Positions 1 through 9,274 of a DNA stretch of 64,000 nucleotides are shown here, in pieces. Each line of letters begins with the position of its first letter. Position 1 is the stretch's first letter. Under the pieces are notes generated by a model. It did no database searches, was not told where the DNA came from, and saw nothing but the letters and a program-made list of their open reading frames with translations. Origin of the DNA: a bacterium (GTDB lineage Bacteria > Bacteroidota > Bacteroidia > Bacteroidales > UBA3663); contig CAVGQN010000003.1 of the NCBI GenBank assembly GCA_963631395.1, positions 10,244-74,243 on the forward strand, read 5' to 3'. Made by a program: the position numbers and the translations under genes.

Positions 1-1137
1 GTAGTTGTGCCAATAGGCCGTAGCAGCCTCGAGGTTGAGTGCCGTATTGCCGCGGGCCGAAGCCTTGCTTCCTTCTTTATTCGAAGTTTCTTCATTTCCT
101 TCTTTGTTCGAAGCATTGCTTCCTTCCTTATCCGAAGCATTGCTTCCCTGTTCCTTCCCCTGCCAAAGGCAAGTGAAGGCGAAGCGGCCCGTGGTCGGGG
201 TGAGCAGCACGCGGTTAGGGCCGATTTGGCGGATAGAAGCCCGGCACGAGTCGAGGTCGATGCTGAGCGTGTAGCTGTAGTCGTGGAGGGTGGCCTGGTC
301 GAACTCGTCGTAGACCTCCACCTGGGGGAAGCGGTGTTCCACCTCGAAGTGTGCGCCCTCCTCGCCAGCGTCCACCTGCCGGCAGACCGTGGAGTGCAAG
401 GCGGGGTCGTCGATCCAAAGGCAGGCGTCGTCGGAGTGTCCGCCCGTCGGATAAGGCATGCGGATGACGATGGGCCGTGGACTCTCGGCGTCGATTTGCA
501 CGGCAATCATCGACAGCTCGGGATGTGCGCAAGTGCGAACCGTCATGGGCGAACCGGCGAGCTTGTAGCTCGAAGTGATGATGCCCGTCTCGAGGTCGAG
601 TGTCTGGCTGATGTCGGTCACGGCGCTTTGGTCCGTACCCTCGGGCAGATAGAGGCCCACCGTACCGAGATGCAGGCGGTGCGGATTCTGGCGGAAGAAG
701 TTGATGGCCTCCTTGCGGCGCATGACGGACTGGAGCGCTGCACCGCCCGCGCGGCGTGCGGCAGCCTCTTCGGCCTTGCTCACCTGCGAAGCATAGAGTT
801 CCTTGTGTCCGCGCTCAAAGTCCTTTTCGACCAGGGTCTCGGAGAAGCGGAATCCATTGGTGTTGGCAAAACTGTGCCAGCCCCAGTCGGACATGGTGCC
901 GAGCGGAACGCCGTGGCTATAGGCTTCGGGAAACGTCTGCAGACCCGTGGCGTCGACCGTGTAGGCGAGGTGTCCGTTGCCCACTGTCAGCGACGAGAGC
1001 GAGTCGAGCGACGTGATGTGGGGGGAGTTGCGCTGTAGGAGGGCGTGGCGGTCAATGGGGCTGCTGGCCGAAGGCGACGAGCAGGCCACGAGGCTTGTAC
1101 TTGCCACAAGTATAAATAGAAAAAGGGAGTGTTTCAT
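1..1137 (-). CDS. putative glycoside hydrolase lipoprotein, N-terminal 379 codons (C-terminus lies beyond window start)
   Basis: ATG at 1137-1135 and the frame stays open to base 1, which explains its absence from the closed-ORF track. Lipoprotein-like signal MKHSLFLFILVASTSLVAC. The mature N-terminus IDRHALLQRNSPHITSLDSLSSLTVGNGHLAYTVDATGLQTF recalls six-hairpin type glycosidases. Track ORF 7..1038(+) is its antisense shadow. Confidence 0.6.
   Translation of the reverse strand, partial: MKHSLFLFILVASTSLVACSSPSASSPIDRHALLQRNSPHITSLDSLSSLTVGNGHLAYTVDATGLQTFPEAYSHGVPLGTMSDWGWHSFANTNGFRFSETLVEKDFERGHKELYASQVSKAEEAAARRAGGAALQSVMRRKEAINFFRQNPHRLHLGTVGLYLPEGTDQSAVTDISQTLDLETGIITSSYKLAGSPMTVRTCAHPELSMIAVQIDAESPRPIVIRMPYPTGGHSDDACLWIDDPALHSTVCRQVDAGEEGAHFEVEHRFPQVEVYDEFDQATLHDYSYTLSIDLDSCRASIRQIGPNRVLLTPTTGRFAFTCLWQGKEQGSNASDKEGSNASNKEGNEETSNKEGSKASARGNTALNLEAATAYWHNY
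58..160. repeat. in-frame 24/27-nt tandem repeat x4 inside the glycosidase CDS
   Basis: Units start with CGAAG at 58, 82, 109 and 133. On the minus strand they encode KEQGSNAS / DKEGSNAS / NKEGNEETS / NKEGSKAS. Confidence 0.85.
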
Positions 1138-1159
1138 ACGTGGGATGGTTATAAGAATC

Positions 1160-1325
1160 AGCAATTCAGTGAATGAATGAGAGAATCAAGAAATGAATCT
1201 TTGTCAAAGAATGGTTTTTGTCAAAGAATTTCTTTCTCAAAAATAGTCTTTATCAAAGAATGTTTTTTACCAAAAAGATTTTTTTCTCTTTAAAGTAAAA
1301 ACCTTTTTTCCAAAATCAAAGAACT
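1160..1325. repeat. degenerate ~17-nt AT-rich tandem repeats (TTGTCAAAGAAT-like)
   Basis: ttgtcaaagaatggttt / ttgtcaaagaatttctt / tctcaaaaatagtctt / tatcaaagaatgttttt / taccaaaaagatttttt, and further copies. Confidence 0.8.
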
Positions 1326-1394
1326 TACTTTGTAAAAAGAAGCCAGTGCCACCCTCCAAACGAGCGGCACTGACTGAATGGTTGCGCACGATAA

Positions 1395-2576
1395 TCAATG
1401 GTGGAACAGGCGCACGCCGGTGAAGACCATAGCCATGCCGTACTTGTCGGCCGTAGCGATGACATTGTCGTCACGCACCGAACCGCCGGCCTCAGCCACA
1501 TACTCCACGCCGCTCTTGTGGGCGCGCTCGATGTTGTCGCCGAAGGGGAAGAAGGCGTCCGAGCCGAGGCTTACGCCGCGCAGCTGCTTGAGCCATGCTT
1601 TCTTCTCGTCGAGGGTGAGCACTTCAGGCTTCTCGGTGAAGAAGTTCTGCCATGTGCCCTCGCGCAGCACGTCGTCGTGTTCCTCCTCGCTGATGTAGAC
1701 GTCGATGGTGTTGTCGCGGTCGGCGCGCTTGATGCCTTCCTTGAAGGGCAGGGCCATGACCTTGGGGTGCTGGCGCAGCCACCAGATGTCGGCCTTGTTG
1801 CCGGCCAGACGTGTGCAGTGGATGCGGCTCTGCTGGCCTGCTCCGATGCCGATGGCCTGTCCGTCCTTGACGTAGCAGACCGAATTGGACTGCGTGTACT
1901 TGAGCGTGATGAGGGCGATGACCAGGTCACGACGGGCCTCGGCGGGGATGTTCTTGTTCTGCGTCGGAATGTTCTGGAAGAGGGCCTCGTCGTTGAGGTC
2001 GATTTCGTTGCGGCCTTGCTCGAAGGTAATGCCGAACACCATCTTGCGCTCGACGGGAGCGGGCTTGTAGTCGGGGTCGATAGCAATGACGCAATACGTG
2101 CCCTTGCGCTTGCCGCGCAGAATCTCGAGGGCTTCGGGCGAGAATCCGGGAGCGATGACGCCGTCAGAGACTTCGCGGTTGATGAGCTTGGCGGTGGCCA
2201 CGTCGCACACGTCGCTCAGTGCGATGAAGTCGCCGAACGACGACATACGGTCGGCACCCCTGGCGCGTACATAGGCGCAGGCCAACGGCGAGAGTTCATA
2301 GTCGTCGACGAAGTAAATCTTCTTGAGCGTGTCGGACAAGGGCAAGCCGACGGCGGCGCCGGCAGGGCTGACGTGTTTGAACGATGTGGCGGCCGGCAGA
2401 CCGGTGGCGCGCTTCAGTTCCTTGACGAGCTGCCAGCTGTTGAAGGCATCCAGCAGGTTGATGTAACCCGGACGTCCGTTGAGCACTTGGATGGGAAGCT
2501 CCTGGTCCCCCTCCATAAAGATTCGTGACGGTTTCTGGTTGGGATTGCAACCGTACTTCAGTTCCAGTTCTTTCAT
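1395..2576 (-). CDS. stand-alone AICAR transformylase (AICARFT domain only, no IMP cyclohydrolase domain)
   Basis: 393 aa. It opens with MKELELKYGCNPNQKP, the LxYGxNPxQ motif that begins the AICARFT half of PurH. ATG verified at 2576-2574. Confidence 0.85.
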   Translation of the reverse strand: MKELELKYGCNPNQKPSRIFMEGDQELPIQVLNGRPGYINLLDAFNSWQLVKELKRATGLPAATSFKHVSPAGAAVGLPLSDTLKKIYFVDDYELSPLACAYVRARGADRMSSFGDFIALSDVCDVATAKLINREVSDGVIAPGFSPEALEILRGKRKGTYCVIAIDPDYKPAPVERKMVFGITFEQGRNEIDLNDEALFQNIPTQNKNIPAEARRDLVIALITLKYTQSNSVCYVKDGQAIGIGAGQQSRIHCTRLAGNKADIWWLRQHPKVMALPFKEGIKRADRDNTIDVYISEEEHDDVLREGTWQNFFTEKPEVLTLDEKKAWLKQLRGVSLGSDAFFPFGDNIERAHKSGVEYVAEAGGSVRDDNVIATADKYGMAMVFTGVRLFHH

Positions 2577-2756
2577 ATTATATATAATGTGTAGTTTTTA
2601 TTTATATATTATTTGTGTCGTATTATTTATCGTGTAGTATTCTATATTGTGTTTTTGTCAAAATGCTTGTTCTGTCTAAAAGCCTAAGGCCGTTTTTGAC
2701 CGAAGGGGCTTTCTTTTTCGGGCAAAACTTCGAAAAGCTTTTGGTCAAAGATTTTG

Positions 2757-3323
2757 TCAAAATGCCGGGTCCTGGCTGAGCGGGCCAGACTTGCCGAATT
2801 GGGCTGCCTGCTCCTCCCCGGCGTAGACCTTGCACCAGTAGTCGTAGTGGTTGAGGCCCTCGGTGATGATGCGGTTCACGGCTTCGGGCGAAAGTTTCTT
2901 GATGAACTTGGCCGGCACTCCGCCCCAAAGTTCGTTGGGCCCGATTTCGGTGCGTCCGAGCACGAGGGCGCCAGCAGCCACCACCGAGCCCGAGCAGATG
3001 TGCACGCCGTCGAGCACCGTAGCGCCCATGCCTATCAGCACATTGCTCTCCACATGGGCGCCGTGCACGCAGGCGTTGTGACCGATGGTCACCCCGTCGG
3101 CAATGCGGATGTCGTTGTCGCCCAGCGAGGTGTGCAGACAAGCGCAGTCCTGCACGTTCACGCGGTTGCCAAGCCGTATTTTGTTGACGTCGCCACGCAG
3201 CACGGCACTATACCAGATGCTGCAGCCTTCGCCCATCTGCACGTCGCCGATGACGGCCGCCGTCTCGGCCACGAAACATCCCTTCCCGATTTTGGGCGTC
3301 ACTCCCTGTAGTGTCTTGATCAT
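2757..3323 (-). CDS. gamma-carbonic-anhydrase-like hexapeptide-repeat (left-handed beta-helix) protein
   Basis: 188 aa from ATG 3323 (MIKTLQGVTPKIGKGCFVAETAAVIGDVQMGEGCSIWYSAVLRGDVNKIRLG...), with a YrdA/PaaY-like repeat pattern. The 51 extra upstream codons of track ORF 2757..3476 fall in AT-rich spacer. Confidence 0.8.
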   Translation of the reverse strand: MIKTLQGVTPKIGKGCFVAETAAVIGDVQMGEGCSIWYSAVLRGDVNKIRLGNRVNVQDCACLHTSLGDNDIRIADGVTIGHNACVHGAHVESNVLIGMGATVLDGVHICSGSVVAAGALVLGRTEIGPNELWGGVPAKFIKKLSPEAVNRIITEGLNHYDYWCKVYAGEEQAAQFGKSGPLSQDPAF

Positions 3324-3535
3324 TTCCGAATTGTGTGTAGAGATTGTGAGCGGTGGGCGCTCACCCTTACTTCTTTCGGCCCGAGACCCGAAAAAGCGCT
3401 TGGCTCGATAGGCCGGGGCTCGAAAAGTGTGGCAAATGTACACAAAAATACGCGAACGGACAAATTTGTGACGCATTTTGTTTTAAACCTTTCCCACATT
3501 GGCAGGTCATAAAGCCAAATTGCAATGCACCGACC

Positions 3536-6500
3536 ATGTTTTTTCCATCCAAAACACCCGCAATGAGTTTACGCCGCGTTCTCTCCGCCGCTGTCCTGTG
3601 CGCCCTGTGCTGCCAGGAGGCTTCCGCCTACATCAACGTCAAGGGCCGCCTTGCTTCGGCCACCGACGACTCGCCCCTCGTGGGCGCCACCGTCCGCATG
3701 CTCCTTTTGCCCGACTCCACCCTGCTGGCCGGCACCTACACCGACGAGAAGGGCGAGTTCACGCTCGCCTCGAGCCGCGTGTCCCCCTCGCAGAAGAACA
3801 GCCCGAAGGTACTCGTCGTGTCGTCGTACATGGGCTTTCAGACCACCCAGAAGCTCATCACCGTGCGCGACAGGACCAAGACCTTCGACCTAAAGGACGT
3901 CTACATGCAGGAGGACGCCCGCATCCTGGGCGAAGCCCTCGTCAGCGCCACCCCTCCCCCGATGCTGATACGTGAGGATACGGTCGAATACTACGCCGAC
4001 AGCTACAAGACGCAGCCCGACGCTACGGTCGAGGACCTCATGAAGCGCCTGCCCGGCGTGGAGGTCAGCGAGGACGGCACCATCACGGCACAGGGCGAGA
4101 CGGTGCAGCAAATCTACGTGGACGGCAAGGAGTTCTTCGGCAGCAACACGCAGGTCACGACCAAAAACCTCACGGCCGACATGCTCGAGTCTGTTCAGGT
4201 GGTCGACATGAAGACCGAAGAGGCGCGCCTCACGGGCATCGACGACGGTGAGCGGCGCAAGGTCATCAACCTCAAACTCAAGCCCAAGATGCGGCGCGGA
4301 TGGTTCGGCAACGCCGCCGGCGCCTGGGGTCTGGGCGACGGCATTGACGACCGCTTCGAGGGCCGCGGCATGATCGGTTACTTCAGGGGCAATAGCCAAA
4401 ACGCCCTCGTGGCCAACGGCAACAACACCAACAACGCGGGCTTCGGCGACCTGGGCGAGATGGTGCTCGGCAAAAGCTCCATGCGCGGCAACCGGCAGAG
4501 CGGACGACGCGGCGACGGCCTCAACACGTCGTGGAGCGTGGGCCTCAACTTCGGCTACGACGAGGGTAATCGCATGCGCGACCAGGACACGCCGCTCAGT
4601 GCCAACGGCAACGTCATGTACGGAGGCAGCAAGCAGGACGAGGAATCGAAGAGCCATAAGATCAACTACCTGAGCTCGGGCAACACCCTGGCCGACAACT
4701 ACAACTCGGGCTTCAACAAGAGCCAGAACGTGCAGGCCGGACTGAAATTCGAGAAGTCGTGGGGCAACATGGAGGAAGGCCAGCACCGCGTGCAGCTTTC
4801 GCCCGAATTCGGCTTCAACTCCACCCGCACCGACGACTATTCGGACAGCCACACCTACTACGAAGCCGACTCGACCTACATCTCGCAGACGCAGCAGCGC
4901 AACAACATGGAGCAGGAGGGCTTCTCCTACGGCATGCGCGCCACCTATAGCTTCGCAAAAAACACCGCCCGCGGCCGGCGCCGTACCAGCATCCGCCTCA
5001 ACTACTCGGGCAACAACAACGACGGCGACCAGTTCACCCGCGCCTTTACGACCTACAGCGACTCGTATGTCGACTTCGACCGCTACGGCGACGTGACGCA
5101 GCACACGGACTACACCTCGCGCGACACGCTCATCAACCAGTGGCAGGAGGAGCGCCAGCGCAGCGAGACCTACGGCATCCGGCTCACCCACGTCGAGCCT
5201 ATCGTCGAGGGTCAGTTTGTCGAACTCTCGGCCGCAGCCAGCCTCTCCAACCGCTACCAGAAGCAAATCTACCACTTCTGGGACAGCGACACGCAGGCCT
5301 GGAGCGACAGCACGGGCGGCAAGTCGAACGACGACTACAACAGCGACACCCACACGCGCAACGTCAACTATACGATCACGGCCAGCTACCGCATTAGGTC
5401 GGAGACCTCCAACCTCTCGGTGGGCATGGACCTGCTGCCCCAGTCGCAGAAGTACACCGACAGCTACGACCACTCGCGCGACTACACCCGCCACTACATC
5501 AACTACTCGCCGCGCATTGAGTACCGCTACAACTGGTCGCGCAAGAAGAACCTGCGCATCGTGCTCAACGGACAGACCCAGCAGCCGTCCATCAACCAGC
5601 TGCAGGCGCGAAAGAACCAGACTTCGGCCACCCACATTCGGCTCGGCAACCCCGACCTCGACCCGTCGTACTCGGCCCGCTTCGACGCCCGCTACCGCGC
5701 CTTCGACGAGGAGACCTACGCCACCATCGAAGCCGGACTCAGCGCCAACGCCAACTTCAACAGCATCAGCAGCAAGCGCTGGTACAGCGAGGACCTCAGC
5801 TCCGACACCACCATAGCCGTCAACATAGGCGGCATCAGCAGCTGGAACGTGAACGGCAACTTCCGCGGCTCATGGCCCTTCTACGACAATATGTGGTACG
5901 TCACGGCCAACACCTCGCTCGGCCTCTCCGAAAGCCAGGGCTACGCCTCCATCCGCAACACCGACTCGCGCATCAACCACACGCGCAACTACAACGGCAA
6001 CGGCCAGGCAGGCATCGCCTACCGCGGCGAGAAAGTCAACGTCGAACTGCACGGCAACTACAACCTGCAGTACAGCGAGGCCACCATCGTCACCTCGGGC
6101 AACCTCGGCACGACCCACCGCTTCGGCGCTTCGGCCCACATCACGGCCTACCTGCCCTACGACTTCACGGCCAGCAGCGACTTCAGCTACACGGCCCGCC
6201 GCGGCTACAGCGCCGGCCTGACGCGCAATCAGAGCATCTGGAACGCCCAGCTCTCGCGCTCCTTCCTCGAGAAAAAGAACCTCACGGCCTTCGTCAAGGT
6301 CTATGACATTCTGCACCAGCGCACCTCGGTGTCGCGCTCCGTGACGGCCACCGCCCTCGTGGACCGCGAGACCACCGTACTGGGCCAGTACTTCCTCATC
6401 GGCGCCAGCATCAAGTTCAACAAGATGGGCCAGCGTGGCGGAGGTCCCCGGCCCGACCGCAACGAACGCGCACCCCGCATGGAGGGCGGCCGCCCCAACA

Positions 6501-6568
6501 GCCAGAACGGAGCCGGCGCACCCCGCCCGCGTGAGGACGAACCCGGCGGCGGCATGATTATGTTCTGA
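3536..6568 (+). CDS. TonB-dependent-receptor-like outer membrane beta-barrel protein (CarboxypepD_reg-like N-domain, plug-like region, OMP_b-brl_3-type barrel)
   Basis: ATG 3536 (alternative 3563, MSLRRVLSAAVLCALCCQEASA signal). YINVKGRL...DDSPLVGATV...TDEKGEF fits a carboxypeptidase-regulatory-like fold. DTVEYYADSYKTQPDATVEDLMKRLPGVEV is plug-like. The long barrel is rich in Y/N/S/T. The Gly/Pro/Arg-rich tail ends in MIMF. Confidence 0.75.
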   Translation: MFFPSKTPAMSLRRVLSAAVLCALCCQEASAYINVKGRLASATDDSPLVGATVRMLLLPDSTLLAGTYTDEKGEFTLASSRVSPSQKNSPKVLVVSSYMGFQTTQKLITVRDRTKTFDLKDVYMQEDARILGEALVSATPPPMLIREDTVEYYADSYKTQPDATVEDLMKRLPGVEVSEDGTITAQGETVQQIYVDGKEFFGSNTQVTTKNLTADMLESVQVVDMKTEEARLTGIDDGERRKVINLKLKPKMRRGWFGNAAGAWGLGDGIDDRFEGRGMIGYFRGNSQNALVANGNNTNNAGFGDLGEMVLGKSSMRGNRQSGRRGDGLNTSWSVGLNFGYDEGNRMRDQDTPLSANGNVMYGGSKQDEESKSHKINYLSSGNTLADNYNSGFNKSQNVQAGLKFEKSWGNMEEGQHRVQLSPEFGFNSTRTDDYSDSHTYYEADSTYISQTQQRNNMEQEGFSYGMRATYSFAKNTARGRRRTSIRLNYSGNNNDGDQFTRAFTTYSDSYVDFDRYGDVTQHTDYTSRDTLINQWQEERQRSETYGIRLTHVEPIVEGQFVELSAAASLSNRYQKQIYHFWDSDTQAWSDSTGGKSNDDYNSDTHTRNVNYTITASYRIRSETSNLSVGMDLLPQSQKYTDSYDHSRDYTRHYINYSPRIEYRYNWSRKKNLRIVLNGQTQQPSINQLQARKNQTSATHIRLGNPDLDPSYSARFDARYRAFDEETYATIEAGLSANANFNSISSKRWYSEDLSSDTTIAVNIGGISSWNVNGNFRGSWPFYDNMWYVTANTSLGLSESQGYASIRNTDSRINHTRNYNGNGQAGIAYRGEKVNVELHGNYNLQYSEATIVTSGNLGTTHRFGASAHITAYLPYDFTASSDFSYTARRGYSAGLTRNQSIWNAQLSRSFLEKKNLTAFVKVYDILHQRTSVSRSVTATALVDRETTVLGQYFLIGASIKFNKMGQRGGGPRPDRNERAPRMEGGRPNSQNGAGAPRPREDEPGGGMIMF

Positions 6569-6793
6569 CTTTTTTACAAAAAGATGAAGAAAACGGGAAG
6601 TAAAACGGCAAAAAAGCCATTTTACTTCTTTTTTTTGCCCCCTGCGGCCCCGCAAGTCAAATATTATCGCTATATTTGCGCTTGTACTTACAGCCACGCT
6701 GGCTTCGGCGCTTATCCCGATAACCCGCAGATTCCGGCGCTTGTACTTACACCCGCGCAGGCGGGATACTCACTCCTAATCGACACTACCGCC

Positions 6794-9271
6794 ATGTTCA
6801 TGGTCAAAGATTTCGGCAAAACCGCCATCATAGCCGGCGACCGTCACCGCATCAGTTTCGGCGAGCTGCTGCTTCGCATCACACAATACAAGGACGCCGC
6901 TCCCGTGCAGGCCGGTGACAGGTGCGTCATCCTGAGCGAAAACCGCGAGGGATGGGTCTACGCCCTCTATAGCATCTGGCAGAACCACGCCGTGGCCGTT
7001 CCTGTCGACGCCACCTCGACGGCCCACGATGTGGCCTACATCCTGCGCGACGCCACGCCCGCCTGCATCTGGACATCCCGGCAGAAGCTCTCTCTGGCCC
7101 AGGAAGCCCTCGCCCAGGCCGGGCTTGACATCCCCATCCACCTCATCGGCGAATACGAGCGCGCCGCCATCCCCGAAGGCACCGTGCCCGCCGAGGTCGA
7201 CCCTTCGCCCGACGACCTCTGCCTCATCATCTACACCTCGGGCACGACGGGTTCTCCCAAAGGAGTGATGCTCACCTTCGGCAACATCATTTCGGTGGCA
7301 CACTCCGTGAGCGTCGAAGTGCCCATCTACCGGCACGACCTCCGCACGCTCATGCTCCTGCCGCTCCACCATATCCTGCCCCTCATGGGCACCATCGTCG
7401 CCCCGCTCATGACAGGCGGCGGCATCTGCATCTGTCCGTCGCTCTCCGCCACCGACCTCATGCAGACGCTGCAAGGCGGCGAGGTCGGCATCATCATCGG
7501 CGTGCCGCGCCTTTGGCAGACGGTCTACAACGGTGTGATGAAGGTCATCAACGCCAATCCCCTCACCCGCGCGGTGTTCTGCGTGTGCCGCTGGCTACAA
7601 TGGCGCTGGCTGAGCCGCCTCGTGTTCCGCAGCGTGCAGACCAAGCTGGGCGGACACCTCGTCTACATCGTCAGCGGCGGCGCCGCCCTCGACCGCGAGG
7701 TGGGCGTCGGGCTCAAGACGCTGGGCATCGACGTGCTCGAAGGCTACGGCATGAGCGAGGCAGCTCCCGTGCTCGCCTTCACCCGTCCCGACGACATCAA
7801 GCCGGGCAGCGTGGGTAAACCCATGCCGTCGGTGCAGGCCAAGTTCGTGGACGGCGAACTCTACTGCAAGGGTCCCAACATCATGCGAGGCTACTACAAC
7901 CGGCCTGAAGAGACGGCCGCCATACTCGACAGCGAGGGCTGGCTGCACACCGGCGACCTCGGCTACTTCGACAACCACGGCCGCATCATCATCACGGGCC
8001 GCAGCAAGGAGATTATCGTGCTCTCCAACGGCAAGAACATCAACCCCGCCGAGATTGAGCACAAGCTGGAGCAGTACACCGCCTACGTGAAGGAGGCCGG
8101 CGTCATCCAGGATATGGATATGCTGCGCGCCATCATCGTGCCCCAGCCCGCGTGGGCCGAAGGCAAGAGCGACGACGAGATAGAGGAGACCCTCAAGCGC
8201 GAAGTGCTCGAGGACTACAACCGGCAGTCGGCGCCCTACAAGCACCTGATGAACGTCTTCGTCTTCCACGGCGACCTGCCCCGCACCAAGCTTGACAAGC
8301 TGCAGCGCTTCAAGCTGCCCGCCCTGCTTCTGAGTGGCGAGCACAAGGACGAGCGCGCCGAGGAGGTCATCGTCGAACCGGCCTTCCCCGAGTACAAGGT
8401 CATCAAGCAATACATCTGGAGCGAGAAGCACTGCGCCGTGCATCCCACCGACCACATCGAGACCGACCTGGCCTTCGACTCGCTCGACATGGTGGGTCTG
8501 CAGGAGTTCATCGAGCAGACCTTCGGCATGCAGCTGCCCGCCGACCGCATCACGCGCTTTGCCAACATCACCGAGATGGCCACCTATGTAGCCGACTACA
8601 AGACACGCATCGAGGTCGAGAAGACCGACTGGCACCGCATCCTCGGCGAAGACACGAGTGCCCTCGAGCTGCCCCAGTGCCGCCGCTCGGGCGTGTTCTA
8701 CACCAAGCTGTTCAAAGGTGTCTGCCGCCTCTACTTCCGCCTCAGCGCCACAGGCCTCGGGAACATTCCCGACAACGGGCCTTACATCCTGGCCGCCAAC
8801 CACCAAAGCTTCCTCGACGGCATGTTCGTGATGTCGTACCTCTCCAGTCCCACCATCCTGCAGACCTACTTCTACGCCAAGCAGGACCATGTGCGTCTGC
8901 CCATCGTCAAGTGGATGGCCGCCCGCCACAACGTCGTCGTCATGGAGCCCGGCAACCTCAAGAAGTCCATTCAGACGCTGGGCGAAGCGCTCAAGCTGGG
9001 CCGCAACATTATCATCTTCCCCGAGGGCACCCGCACCGACGACGGCACGGTCAGTACCTTCAAGAAGACTTTCGCCATCCTCGCCTCCGAACTGCATGTG
9101 CCCATCGTCCCCGTCTGCATCAAGGGCGCCTACCAGGCCATGCCGCGCCACACCAAGGTGCCCCGTCCCTACCGCGTCTCCGTCCACTACCTGGAGCCTA
9201 TCCAGCCCGACGGACTCACCTACGACCAGCTCTCCGACCGCGTGCGCGACAGCATCTCGCGCTGCCTGTAG
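6794..9271 (+). CDS. tri-domain acyl-AMP ligase (FACS-like) / phosphopantetheine carrier domain / lysophospholipid acyltransferase (PlsC-type)
   Basis: ATG 6794. Adenylation motifs IIYTSGTTGSPKGV, GYGMSEAAP, GWLHTGDLGYFDNHGRIIITGRSKE and LPRTKLDKLQRFKL. Carrier motif LAFDSLDMVGLQEFIE. Acyltransferase motifs NHQSFLDG (HX4D) and IFPEGTRT. Confidence 0.8.
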   Translation: MFMVKDFGKTAIIAGDRHRISFGELLLRITQYKDAAPVQAGDRCVILSENREGWVYALYSIWQNHAVAVPVDATSTAHDVAYILRDATPACIWTSRQKLSLAQEALAQAGLDIPIHLIGEYERAAIPEGTVPAEVDPSPDDLCLIIYTSGTTGSPKGVMLTFGNIISVAHSVSVEVPIYRHDLRTLMLLPLHHILPLMGTIVAPLMTGGGICICPSLSATDLMQTLQGGEVGIIIGVPRLWQTVYNGVMKVINANPLTRAVFCVCRWLQWRWLSRLVFRSVQTKLGGHLVYIVSGGAALDREVGVGLKTLGIDVLEGYGMSEAAPVLAFTRPDDIKPGSVGKPMPSVQAKFVDGELYCKGPNIMRGYYNRPEETAAILDSEGWLHTGDLGYFDNHGRIIITGRSKEIIVLSNGKNINPAEIEHKLEQYTAYVKEAGVIQDMDMLRAIIVPQPAWAEGKSDDEIEETLKREVLEDYNRQSAPYKHLMNVFVFHGDLPRTKLDKLQRFKLPALLLSGEHKDERAEEVIVEPAFPEYKVIKQYIWSEKHCAVHPTDHIETDLAFDSLDMVGLQEFIEQTFGMQLPADRITRFANITEMATYVADYKTRIEVEKTDWHRILGEDTSALELPQCRRSGVFYTKLFKGVCRLYFRLSATGLGNIPDNGPYILAANHQSFLDGMFVMSYLSSPTILQTYFYAKQDHVRLPIVKWMAARHNVVVMEPGNLKKSIQTLGEALKLGRNIIIFPEGTRTDDGTVSTFKKTFAILASELHVPIVPVCIKGAYQAMPRHTKVPRPYRVSVHYLEPIQPDGLTYDQLSDRVRDSISRCL

Positions 9272-9274
9272 GTT

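Noticed and set aside
6584-6793. N-terminal extensions of track ORFs. Examples: 70 extra codons at 6584, 61 at 3353, 78 at 16155, 54 at 16291, 111 at 63858.
   Set aside because: The extensions run through AT-rich repeat spacers, lack signal peptides, and are followed by internal ATGs that give canonical N-termini or signal peptides. Several listed starts are GTG/TTG (34237, 24268, 46259).
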